Assembly (NCBI GenBank): GCA_963721805.1 | Contig: CAVRJY010000003.1 | Coordinates: 1 to 19,972 of the forward strand | Direction of reading: 5' to 3' | DNA: 19,972 nt | DNA from: Nitrospirota bacterium | GTDB taxonomy: Bacteria > Nitrospirota > Thermodesulfovibrionia > Thermodesulfovibrionales > JdFR-86 | Shown here: positions 1-8,144 of the stretch, piece by piece | Layout: the number at the start of each line of letters is the position of its first letter | How positions within the stretch are numbered: position 1 is the first letter of the stretch | Notes under the pieces: generated by a model | Databases searched by the model: none | The model's input: the letters and a program-made list of their open reading frames with translations, nothing else | What the model was told of the DNA's origin: nothing | Translations under genes and position numbers: made by a program

Positions 1-1
1 G

Positions 2-1103
2 TTCAAAGAGGCTCTGGCCGGTAAAGAGGAAGAGCCCCCGGAGCTCGAACTGACGGCCCTCAAGGCGAAGATCGCGGCCGAATGCGCGGCCGAGCGGCAG
101 CAGGTGCTCGAAGGCCGGCGGCCTGATGATCATGGGCACCGAGCGCCACGAGGCCCGGCGAATCGACAACCAGCTGCGCGGCCGATCGGGCCGCCAGGGC
201 GACCCCGGCGAGTCGCGCTTCTACCTCGCGCTCGAGGACGACCTGATGCGCATCTTCGGCTCGGACCGCATCTCGGGGCTTATGGACAAGCTCGGCATGG
301 ACGACGACATGCCGATAGAAAACAAGCTCGTCTCGCGCGCGGTCGAGGGCGCACAGAAGAAGGTCGAGGCCCATAACTTCGACATCCGCAAGCACCTCAT
401 CGAATACGACGACGTGATGAACAAACAGCGCACCGAGATCTACTCGTTCCGCAAAGAGATCCTCGCGAGCCCGAACCTCAAGGAGCGCATCCTCGAGATG
501 AGCGACAACACGGTGCAGGATTTCATGGAGCTGTACTGCCCCGAGGGCAAGCACCACGAGGACTGGGACCTTAACGCCCTGCGCGACGCGCTTTACGGCA
601 CGTTCGACATACAGATCGAGAAGTTCCCGGAGGACCGCGGCCTCAGCGATTTCATTATGGACGAGGTCCGGCGGTATTACGACGAACGCGAGCAGCGGTT
701 CGGCGAGCCTCTGATGCGCTACCTCGAGCGCATGGTCCTCCTGCAGATCGTCGATTCGCAGTGGAAGGACCACCTGCTTGCGATGGACCACCTCAAGGAA
801 GGCGTCGGCCTCAGGGGTTATGCCCAGCGCGACCCGCTCGCGGAGTACAAGAAAGAGGCGTTCGACATATTCGCCGAGCTCACGGGCCGGATCACGGCCG
901 AGGCCCTCACGCGGCTGTTCAAGATCCAGGTCAGGGAGGAACGCGAGATTTCGCGTACGGCAGCCAGCCAAAATTTGATATATAATAGGGGGGATGAACC
1001 CGCAACCCCGACAGTTCACAAAAGCAAAAAAGTCGGCCGCAACGACCCCTGCACCTGCGGCAGCGGGAAGAAGTACAAAAAGTGCTGCGGCAAAAATGCC
1101 TAA
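2..1103 (+). CDS. secA: Preprotein translocase subunit SecA, 3' part (5'-truncated by window; apparent frameshift at ~111-114)
   Basis: GGLMIMGTERHEARRIDNQLRGRSGRQGDPGESRFYLALEDDLMRIFG, DSQWKDHLLAMDHLKEGVGLRGYAQRDPLAEYKKEA and the C-terminal SEC-C zinc motif KVGRNDPCTCGSGKKYKKCCG. Upstream of ~112 the SecA-like reading (...AECAAERQQVLE) lies in a different frame. Confidence 0.97.
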
Positions 1104-2475
1104 GGCGCTGCTGCTGGGCCGGGGCCTGGAGGCATACCGCGCCGCCCTCTCCGGCGCCAGGGATTTCGATGCGAGCCTGATAGCGGCCCCGCCCGGACGG
1201 GGGCTGCCGCTCGATGCGGATCTGCTCATAGTGGAGCCCGCCTTCGACGGGCTCCCGGCATCGCTCCCCAAGCACTATGCGGATATCCCGAAACTCGTGC
1301 TCTGCCCTGAGGGACGGCCGCGCGGGCTCTCCGCATGGATCGGGAGGCCGCATACCTACCTGCTGCAGAACCCCACGCCATCCGAGCTGCTGCGCTTTTC
1401 CCGAAAGATCCTAAGCGAGCACGCCATGCTGGCCGAGAACAAGCGCCTTAGGGATGAAAACGCGAGCACGAGGCGCGAGATCGGCTTTATCGACGACATT
1501 AACAGACTCCTCACCACCTCACGCGACACGCACGCCGCGCTTTCGGCCATAGCGAGGAAACTCGGCACCGCGGTCAAGGCTCAGGCATGGTCCGTGTTCT
1601 GCCTCCCCAGCGGGCCGGAAGACTATATGGACAGGCTCGGAGACCGCAACCCGAAGAAACCCGCCCGGATCAGGCTCGCGGGGGCCGAGAGCATCGCCGG
1701 GCTGGTCGCGCGCAAGTCCGAGCCGGTCCTCGTTCAGGACGCCGCCGAAGACAAACATTACTCAGCCCGCATAGACTCCTCGGACCGAAGGAAGGTCCGC
1801 ACGCTGATGGCCGCGCCTATAAAGTCGGGCAACAAATGCACGACGGCCGTGGTCGAACTCATGAACAAGCCCGGAGGCGAGCCGTTCAGCGAAGAGGATT
1901 TCACGCTATTTAAGCGCCTGATCGCGCACGCCTCGGCCGCCATAGACCAGATAGCACTCTATCAGCGGCTCGAGGACCTCGTGGTTACCGACGACCTGAC
2001 GAACCTGTTTAACTCGCGCTACCTCAACCGCAGCATCGAGACCGAGATCCTCAGGAGCAACCGCTACTCCACGTCAGTATCGCTGATATTCATGGACGTC
2101 GACCACTTCAAGGACGTAAACGACAACTTCGGCCATCTCGTGGGCAGCAAGGTGCTGGTCGAGATGGGCGAACTCCTGATGAACCTGCTGCGCACCATAG
2201 ACATCATCGCGCGTTACGGCGGCGACGAGTTCGTGATCGTCCTGCCGCAGACCACGCTGCATAACGCGATGCTCATAGCCGAGAGGATCCGCAGGTCGAT
2301 AGAGTCGCACACCTTCATGCGTTCCGAGGGGCTCGCCCTCAGGATTACCGCGAGCTTCGGCGTCGCCGCCTACCCGGAAAGCTCCAAGTCCAAAGAGGCG
2401 CTCCTGAAGCTCGCAGACGAGGCCATGTACAGCGTAAAACGCCGTACGCGAAATGCCGTTTATGCTATAATTTGA
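1096..2475 (+). CDS. GGDEF dinucleotide cyclase (degenerate REC-like domain, coiled coil, GAF, GGDEF); probable Hypr-type 3',3'-cGAMP synthase
   Basis: DDLTNLFNSRY, FMDVDHFKDVNDNFGHLVGS, RTID I-site and RYGGDEF active site. GAF-like segment (ESIAGLVARKSEPVLVQD...TLMAAPI...VVELMNK...FSEEDFTLF). ATG at 1096 overlaps the secA stop and is preferred over the ATG at 994. Confidence 0.93.
   Translation: MPKALLLGRGLEAYRAALSGARDFDASLIAAPPGRGLPLDADLLIVEPAFDGLPASLPKHYADIPKLVLCPEGRPRGLSAWIGRPHTYLLQNPTPSELLRFSRKILSEHAMLAENKRLRDENASTRREIGFIDDINRLLTTSRDTHAALSAIARKLGTAVKAQAWSVFCLPSGPEDYMDRLGDRNPKKPARIRLAGAESIAGLVARKSEPVLVQDAAEDKHYSARIDSSDRRKVRTLMAAPIKSGNKCTTAVVELMNKPGGEPFSEEDFTLFKRLIAHASAAIDQIALYQRLEDLVVTDDLTNLFNSRYLNRSIETEILRSNRYSTSVSLIFMDVDHFKDVNDNFGHLVGSKVLVEMGELLMNLLRTIDIIARYGGDEFVIVLPQTTLHNAMLIAERIRRSIESHTFMRSEGLALRITASFGVAAYPESSKSKEALLKLADEAMYSVKRRTRNAVYAII
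2463..2471 (+). promoter_or_regulatory. Putative extended -10 promoter (TGcTATAAT) for the MglA-like gene
   Basis: Perfect TGnTATAAT inside the last codons of the GGDEF gene, 10 nt before the ATG at 2482; no Shine-Dalgarno sequence present. Confidence 0.6.
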
Positions 2476-2481
2476 ACCTAT

Positions 2482-3897
2482 ATGGCACTATTTAATTACG
2501 CATCCAAGGAAATCACCCTGAAAGTCGTATACTACGGCCCCGGCCTCTCGGGCAAGACGACCAACCTGCAGCGCCTGCACGCCACGATGTCCCCGGAGCG
2601 CAAGGGCAAGCTCCTCTCGCTCTCGACCGAGGCCGACCGCACGCTGTTTTTCGACTTCCTGCCCGTGGCGCTGGGGAAGATCAAGGACTTCACGATCCGG
2701 TTTCAGCTATACACGGTGCCGGGCCAGGTGCGGTATAACGCCACGCGCAAGCTCGTGCTGAAGGGCGCGGACGCCGTGGTCTTCGTGGCCGACTCTCAGA
2801 CCGCGATGCGGGAGCAGAACGTCGAGAGCTTCCGCAACATGCGCGAGAACCTCGTCTCGAACAACATCAACCCCGACGAGATCCCGGTAGTGCTCCAGTA
2901 CAACAAGCGCGACCTGAAAAACATCCTCTCCTCAGAGGAACTCAACTCGGACCTCAACGCCCCCGGCTATCCGGTCGTCAACGGCGCGGCCATCAACGGC
3001 ACCGGAGTGGACGAGACCTTCAAGCTGATTACGAAATTGCTTCTTACGTACATATCGAAGAAGCACAACGTTACGATCGATTCGGCGGGCGAGGGCGAAT
3101 CCGCGGCCGCACCGGCCTTGGCACAGCGCGGCGAGGCCGTGGCCCTGGTCTCCCCGACCAGGGAGGAAGACTCCCTTCCGGCATTCGCTGGCGCCGCTCA
3201 GGAGGAGCCTCCGATCTCATGGCAGGACCTGATGGAGCCGTCAGGCGGCGCGAAGCCCGCAATGTCCGCCGCTGAACCCGCCGAGGCGGCACCGTTCGGT
3301 TCATCGTCACTTACTCACATGCTGGAGCCTTCGGGCGGCTTTGGCGGAGCCGCGGTATCCGAGGCTCCCGCCCATGAAGACCGCCAGGCATGGCCGAGCC
3401 CCGGCCCCGCAGAGGCGTACCTTGAGACCGAGGCCCCGGCCCCGGAGGAACCCATCAAGCCCACAAGCCCGATCAGCGGCGGCGCACCGGCACGGCCTGT
3501 TGAGGCCGCCATGATCCCGCCGGTCGTAACCGTACCGGTGCTCTCTGAAGAGAACATGGCTGGCATCCTTGGCGCGATAGCAGAGGTGACGACCTCGGTG
3601 CGCGAGATGGCCTCGGCCGTGCTGCAGGCCAACGCCATGAACCAGCCGCAGGCGGCACCAGCTTTTGACGAATCGCTCACGCTCGCGGTGCGCAAGTCAG
3701 GCGATGTGAGCGCGAAGCTCATGGAGCAGGTGCTGGCGGAGTTGCAGGAATCCAGGAAACGTCAGGACGTGATCGTCGAGACCTTAAAGCGCTCGGAACA
3801 GGCGCTCAGGGCAGTCGCGGCCACCGTACTGGAGTTCAAGGAAAAACTCAAAGAGGCGCCGCCCGAGAAAAAAGGCTTCAGGTTCTTCGGCCGGTAG
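2482..3897 (+). CDS. mglA: MglA-family small GTPase with a long Pro/Ala/Glu-rich linker and C-terminal helical/coiled-coil domain
   Basis: N-terminal ~190 aa carry MglA motifs: KVVYYGPGLSGKTTNL (G1), TEADRTLFFDFLP, FQLYTVPGQVRYNATRKLVLKGADAVVFVADS (G3 TVPGQ), QYNKRD (G4). About 280 additional residues follow. Confidence 0.9.
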   Translation: MALFNYASKEITLKVVYYGPGLSGKTTNLQRLHATMSPERKGKLLSLSTEADRTLFFDFLPVALGKIKDFTIRFQLYTVPGQVRYNATRKLVLKGADAVVFVADSQTAMREQNVESFRNMRENLVSNNINPDEIPVVLQYNKRDLKNILSSEELNSDLNAPGYPVVNGAAINGTGVDETFKLITKLLLTYISKKHNVTIDSAGEGESAAAPALAQRGEAVALVSPTREEDSLPAFAGAAQEEPPISWQDLMEPSGGAKPAMSAAEPAEAAPFGSSSLTHMLEPSGGFGGAAVSEAPAHEDRQAWPSPGPAEAYLETEAPAPEEPIKPTSPISGGAPARPVEAAMIPPVVTVPVLSEENMAGILGAIAEVTTSVREMASAVLQANAMNQPQAAPAFDESLTLAVRKSGDVSAKLMEQVLAELQESRKRQDVIVETLKRSEQALRAVAATVLEFKEKLKEAPPEKKGFRFFGR

Positions 3898-4750
3898 CCT
3901 TACCGGCCGTCCCAGAGGCAGAGCGTCTGGGTTCGCAATGTCCAGCCGTAAACCCCAGTTCCCCTGCCGCCTCGTTTACTATAGTCTCGTCTATGACCTC
4001 CGCGTCATGCCCCATCCCTGCCAACAGCGAAACGTTGGCGATGCTGTTTACGAGCCTCGGCACCCCGCCCGAATGCCTGTGCAGGGCGTCTATCGCCGCA
4101 TCGGTAAAGAGCGGCTCGCTGCGGCCTGCTATCGACAGCCTGTGGGCTACGTAGGCGCGCGTCTCGTCAATACCTAGCGGGCCCAGGTGATAGGCCATCC
4201 CTATGCGCTGCCTCAGGGGCTCGTGCACCGGCCTTTGAAGCCTGTCCCTGAGTTCGGTCTGTCCGACCAGTATCACGCATATCAGGTTAGAGTCGTCGAG
4301 CTGGAAGTTCGTCAGCAGCCGGATCTCCTCGAACGTCTCGCGCCGGGGGATGAGCTGCGCCTCGTCCAGGATAATCACGGGCGTGATCCCGGAGAGGTAG
4401 TCCTCGTACACGCGCTCCTGTATCAGGCCGGTCAGGGCGTCGCGCCTCGGCCGCCGCACCTTGATCCCCATCTTCGCGGCCACCTCGGCCAGAAACTGTG
4501 TTGCTGAGATCCGGGGGTTTATAAGCAGCACGACCCTGTGGTGCGCCGGGTCGAGCACGTCCATCAGCTTGCGCGTGATAGTGGTCTTGCCGCAGCCGAC
4601 GTCCCCGGTAAGCAGGCACAGTTCCTTTTCCTCTACCGCATATTGAAGGCGGGCCAGCGCCTCTTCGTGCCGCCTGCCCGGATAGAGGAACGCGGGGTCC
4701 GGCGTCTTGCTGAAGGGCTTTCTTTGCAGCCCAAAAAACTCCCTAAACAC
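3878..4750 (-). CDS. ExeA/GspA-family AAA+ ATPase (ATPase domain only)
   Basis: Typical ExeA N-terminus FFGLQRKPFSKTPDPAFLY..RHEEALARL, Walker A GDVGCGKT, Walker B IILDEAQ, LVGQTEL and LRQRI motifs, GGVPRLVN. GTG start overlaps the cheA stop. Confidence 0.9.
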   Translation of the reverse strand: MFREFFGLQRKPFSKTPDPAFLYPGRRHEEALARLQYAVEEKELCLLTGDVGCGKTTITRKLMDVLDPAHHRVVLLINPRISATQFLAEVAAKMGIKVRRPRRDALTGLIQERVYEDYLSGITPVIILDEAQLIPRRETFEEIRLLTNFQLDDSNLICVILVGQTELRDRLQRPVHEPLRQRIGMAYHLGPLGIDETRAYVAHRLSIAGRSEPLFTDAAIDALHRHSGGVPRLVNSIANVSLLAGMGHDAEVIDETIVNEAAGELGFTAGHCEPRRSASGTAGKATGRRT

Positions 4751-6716
4751 TGCCCCGCCTCCGCTTCAGGAACGCCTCGGCGATCAGGGACTCGACGTCC
4801 AGCACGAGCACGACGCGGTGCCGGCTGATCTCGGCCGCACCGGCGAAGCCCCTCACGCTGCCCAGGTATTCGCTGATCGGCTTGATGACCACGTCCTGCT
4901 GCCCTATGATCTCGTCCACCAGCACGCCCAGCTTTCGCTCGTCAGCGCCGACGATGAACGCAAACTGCCGTTCCACGGGCTTGGCAGGGACATTGAAGAT
5001 GTCCTTGAGGGCTACGACAGGAAGCATCTCCCCCCTGAGGCTGTATACCGCCTTGCCCTCCAGGTTGCTCAGAAGCAAGGGGTCCACGGCGGTCGTCTCC
5101 TGAAGCGCCGAGACCGGCACCGCGAACAGCTCCTCTCCGGTCTTGACCATGAGGCTGCGGATGATCGCGACGGTTATAGGGAGCGTGAGTATGAAGGCAG
5201 TCCCGCGGCCCGTCTCGGTCTCGATATCGACCTTGGCGCCAAGCGACGAGAGCTTGCTCTTGACGACGTCGAGCCCTACCCCGCGGCCCGAGACCTCGCT
5301 CACCGAATCCTTCGTGCTGAAGCTCGGCATGAAGATCATCGAGATGAGTTCGTGGCGCGTGGGTTCCATACCGGGGGTTATGAGGCCGCGCTCCAGCGCC
5401 TTTTCCCTGATCCTCTCGATGTCGATCCCGCGGCCGTCGTCGCGGACCTCGACCACGACGCTGTTGCCGCGCTGGTATGCGCTCAGGGTGATCGTGCCGG
5501 ATTCGGGCTTGCCTGCCGCGAGGCGCTCCTCCGAGTCCTCGATGCCGTGGTCTATCGAGTTTCTGACTATGTGCATCAGCGGGTCGATGATCTCCTCGGC
5601 CAGGAACTTGTCCATCTCGGTTTCGTCGCCGAACGTGTGGAGGTCGATCTTCTTGTCGATGTCATTGGAGTAGCGGCGGACGATCTGGGCCAGGCGGCCG
5701 AACATCTGCGCAATCGGGACCATGCGCAGCCCCAGCACGTTGTCCTGAAGCTCCGAGAGCCTCCGGTCGAAGCTCTGGTTTATGCGGTACATGTCGATCA
5801 GCAGCGGCGTGTGGCCGTAGCGCTCGACGAGGCCGGTCCAGATATTCTGGTTCGCGGAGCGGATGATCGATATCTCGTTGATCGTATTTAGTATCTTGTC
5901 GAGCTTCTCGATGTTCACGCGCACGGTCGTCGTGGTCGAGCGGAGCTGGCCCTGCGCGGTCTCGGCCGCCACCTGCTGCGTGGCCGCCCTGCCCTTGACG
6001 AGCCGCTTGGGGTCCACGCCTGCCCCGGCCGCCACCTCGGCCTCGGACTTCGCGCTCCCGAGCATGAGGCTGAACCCTATCGAGCCCGGCGGCACATTAT
6101 CGGAAATCGGCATCGTGGAGATCAGCTCGCCGAGGGGCTTTAAGCGCTCGGTGACCTTCTTGAGCTCCACGTCGAAGTCCATTATCGAAAACACGAGGCC
6201 TATCAGGTAGATCGAGTTGCCCCTCTGGATGTTATGCCTGAGGCGGTGCTCCTCGTACTCCGAAAGCACGCGCAGGAGCTCCTCGGGGATGCCCGTAAGC
6301 GAAGCGGCCGCATCGGCCCCGCCCTTGAGAGATTCACGGAAGGCCTCGATCTCGCCCTTGCGCGCGGCGATGGCCGCCGGGTCCTCGGGAGCGGCATCAT
6401 CCAGCACGTCTTCAAGCGAGCCTCGCAGCATGTCGATCTGCCTGAAGAGGAAGCCCAGCACCCTCGAGCCCATCGCGGCGCGGCCCATGCGCACGTCGTC
6501 CAGCAGGCTCTCGAGCGAGTGGCTTATCTCGGATATGCCGTGATAGCCGTAGATCCCTGCCATACCCTTTAAGGTGTGCATGGCGCGGAAAAGCGCGTTG
6601 ATCGAATCGGGGTTGGGCTCGTCGGCAGGGTTTTCCTGCAGCTCGACGAGTATGTTGCCGGCGCTCTCGAGGAGTTCTTCGGCCTCGGCCACGAAATCCT
6701 TGTCAGATGACTTCAT
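4743..6716 (-). CDS. cheA: Chemotaxis histidine kinase CheA
   Basis: Hpt domain LFRAMHTLKG, dimerization segment VRVNIEKLDKILNTINE, HATPase HIVRNSIDHGIE/DDGRGID/FSTKDSVSEVSGRGVGLDVV, C-terminal CheW-like P5 domain. Confidence 0.96.
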   Translation of the reverse strand: MKSSDKDFVAEAEELLESAGNILVELQENPADEPNPDSINALFRAMHTLKGMAGIYGYHGISEISHSLESLLDDVRMGRAAMGSRVLGFLFRQIDMLRGSLEDVLDDAAPEDPAAIAARKGEIEAFRESLKGGADAAASLTGIPEELLRVLSEYEEHRLRHNIQRGNSIYLIGLVFSIMDFDVELKKVTERLKPLGELISTMPISDNVPPGSIGFSLMLGSAKSEAEVAAGAGVDPKRLVKGRAATQQVAAETAQGQLRSTTTTVRVNIEKLDKILNTINEISIIRSANQNIWTGLVERYGHTPLLIDMYRINQSFDRRLSELQDNVLGLRMVPIAQMFGRLAQIVRRYSNDIDKKIDLHTFGDETEMDKFLAEEIIDPLMHIVRNSIDHGIEDSEERLAAGKPESGTITLSAYQRGNSVVVEVRDDGRGIDIERIREKALERGLITPGMEPTRHELISMIFMPSFSTKDSVSEVSGRGVGLDVVKSKLSSLGAKVDIETETGRGTAFILTLPITVAIIRSLMVKTGEELFAVPVSALQETTAVDPLLLSNLEGKAVYSLRGEMLPVVALKDIFNVPAKPVERQFAFIVGADERKLGVLVDEIIGQQDVVIKPISEYLGSVRGFAGAAEISRHRVVLVLDVESLIAEAFLKRRRGSV

Positions 6717-7090
6717 ATCTCAAGCAGTCTCTTTACGGTCTCCTGCAGCCTGTCGGGGCTGAACGGTTTCGTCACGTAATCGTTTGCGCCAAGGGCGAGG
6801 CCGCGCCGCCTGTCCTCCTCGGTCTTCTCGGTGCTTACGATCAGCACGGGGATGTCGCGGTAGCGGGCGTCGTTGCGCACGAAATTAATCAGTTCGAGGC
6901 CGTTGACGTCGGGCATGTTGATGTCCGTCACGATCAGGCTGAAATCGCGCGTCGGCAGCAGCCGCAGGGCCTCAAACCCGGTGGAGGCCTCGGTGGTGAC
7001 GACGTCGCCCAGGTCCTCGACGATGGACCTTATCATGGAGCGGGTAACGTGTGAGTCCTCGACTATCAAAACCGACTTAGCTGATTGCAC
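6713..7090 (-). CDS. cheY: Single-domain response regulator (CheY-like)
   Basis: VLIVEDS, LIVTDINMPDVNG (phosphoacceptor Asp), ST, YVTKPF. Overlaps the cheA start by ATGA; GGGGAGG RBS lies upstream of the GTG. Confidence 0.92.
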   Translation of the reverse strand: MQSAKSVLIVEDSHVTRSMIRSIVEDLGDVVTTEASTGFEALRLLPTRDFSLIVTDINMPDVNGLELINFVRNDARYRDIPVLIVSTEKTEEDRRRGLALGANDYVTKPFSPDRLQETVKRLLEI

Positions 7091-7105
7091 TAACCCTCCC
7101 CTGGC

Positions 7106-7139
7106 GGATTTTTTAATAATAGCATTTGTTAAAAAATCC
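7106..7139. promoter_or_regulatory. Perfect 11-bp inverted repeat flanking a putative extended -10 of the cheY-cheA-exeA operon
   Basis: GGATTTTTTAA (7106-7116), 12-nt spacer, TTAAAAAATCC (7129-7139). The minus strand across the spacer reads TGcTATTAT. Confidence 0.55.
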
Positions 7140-7230
7140 TGCCCGATGAGTGGGCCTCAAAGAGGGCGCCCGGCCATGCAGCAGCCGCGGTGCCCTTTCG
7201 TCCCTGCGGGGACGGGCCGGAAAAGGGTCT

Positions 7231-7845
7231 TTATTTTGCTGTAAGCTTGGTCGCGATCGTGGCGACGTGGCGCCCCTGGAACCGCGCTATAGCAAGCTCG
7301 TTCTCTGTCGGGACGCGCTTGCCGTCCGTGCCCGCTATCGTCGTGGCCCCATAGGGCGTGCCGCCCGTGATCTCGGTCGTGATCGTCTGGCGCGTCTCGG
7401 AGTACGGCACGCCTACGATAATCATGCCGTGGTGCAGCAGCGTGGTATGGAAGCTCGTGATCGTGGTCTCCTGGCCGCCGTGCTGCGTGCCGGACGAGGC
7501 GAATACGCTCCCGACCTTGCCGATCAGCGCGCCCTTGACCCATATGCCGCCGGTCTGGTCGAGGAAGTTGCGCATCTGTGCGCACATGTTGCCGTAGCGC
7601 GTCGGAGTGCCGAAGATTATAGCGTCGGCCTCGGCGAGCTTGTCGACCTGCGCCACCGGTATATGGGCGAACTTCGCCCTTGCCTCGAAGGCCCAGCCGG
7701 CCTTGAGTATAGCCTCCGGCACGAGTTCCGGCACCTGGTAGAGCTCGGCCACCGCGCCCTCGACCTCGCGCACGCCCTCGGCCACGGCCTCGGCCATCGT
7801 ATAGTTATGCCCGTACATGCTGTAAAAAACAATCTGCACTTTCAT
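7231..7845 (-). CDS. wrbA: NAD(P)H:quinone oxidoreductase, flavodoxin-like WrbA
   Basis: [69 protein letters not shown]. Confidence 0.96.
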   Translation of the reverse strand: MKVQIVFYSMYGHNYTMAEAVAEGVREVEGAVAELYQVPELVPEAILKAGWAFEARAKFAHIPVAQVDKLAEADAIIFGTPTRYGNMCAQMRNFLDQTGGIWVKGALIGKVGSVFASSGTQHGGQETTITSFHTTLLHHGMIIVGVPYSETRQTITTEITGGTPYGATTIAGTDGKRVPTENELAIARFQGRHVATIATKLTAK

Positions 7846-7867
7846 CGTATCGCCCGACCTCCTCGCT

Positions 7868-8047
7868 TCATTTCCCCTTGCCCTTGGCCGGGGCCGGGTT
7901 CTTTTCGGATACCGACGGCCCGGTGGCCGACCGCTTGATGTCCTTCGTAAAGTCCGCGCATCTAATATCCGACCCCGAGACGCTGAACTTCTTCTGGCAC
8001 GTCTCGCGCCAGGCGCAGACTACGCATATGCTCGCTTGATTGGCCAA
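7868..8047 (-). CDS. Small 59-aa four-cysteine protein (possible metal or Fe-S binding), absent from the ORF track
   Basis: Manual translation from TTG at 8047: [70 protein letters not shown] 6 nt upstream; the stop lies just before the wrbA RBS. Confidence 0.75.
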   Translation of the reverse strand: MANQASICVVCAWRETCQKKFSVSGSDIRCADFTKDIKRSATGPSVSEKNPAPAKGKGK

Positions 8048-8144
8048 ACCGGCCCCCCTCGCTCAGGCTGATTTCATAACGCGCGCACACGGCGCGCCGA
8101 CACCTAAAGATTAGCAGAGTTCATCAAACGGTTCAACAACGTTA

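Noticed and set aside
994..1095. Longer N-terminus for the GGDEF protein starting at ATG 994
   Set aside because: It overlaps the conserved SecA zinc-finger codons and is low-complexity. The ATG at 1096 coupled to the secA stop is more parsimonious, though not proven.
60..1271. 403-aa antisense ORF opposite secA, and similar long antisense ORFs at 4707-5891, 10003-10893, 11059-12342, 12645-13478 and 13688-14794
   Set aside because: Shadow ORFs arising from GC-rich codon bias opposite well-supported genes; no recognisable motifs.
1096..4750. CBASS-like antiphage system (cGAMP synthase plus AAA ATPase)
   Set aside because: The cyclase has a GGDEF fold rather than a CD-NTase fold, the ATPase is ExeA-type rather than TRIP13-type, and no Cap effectors are present.
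7145..7230. Possible GEMM-I (c-di-GMP/cGAMP) riboswitch upstream of cheY (minus strand GGGACGAAAG...ATGGCCGGGCGCC)
   Set aside because: It lacks the 5' GYAAAC/UAAAC element and GNRA-capped P2; GGGACG simply pairs with the adjacent CGTCCC. An Infernal search with RF01051 would settle it.
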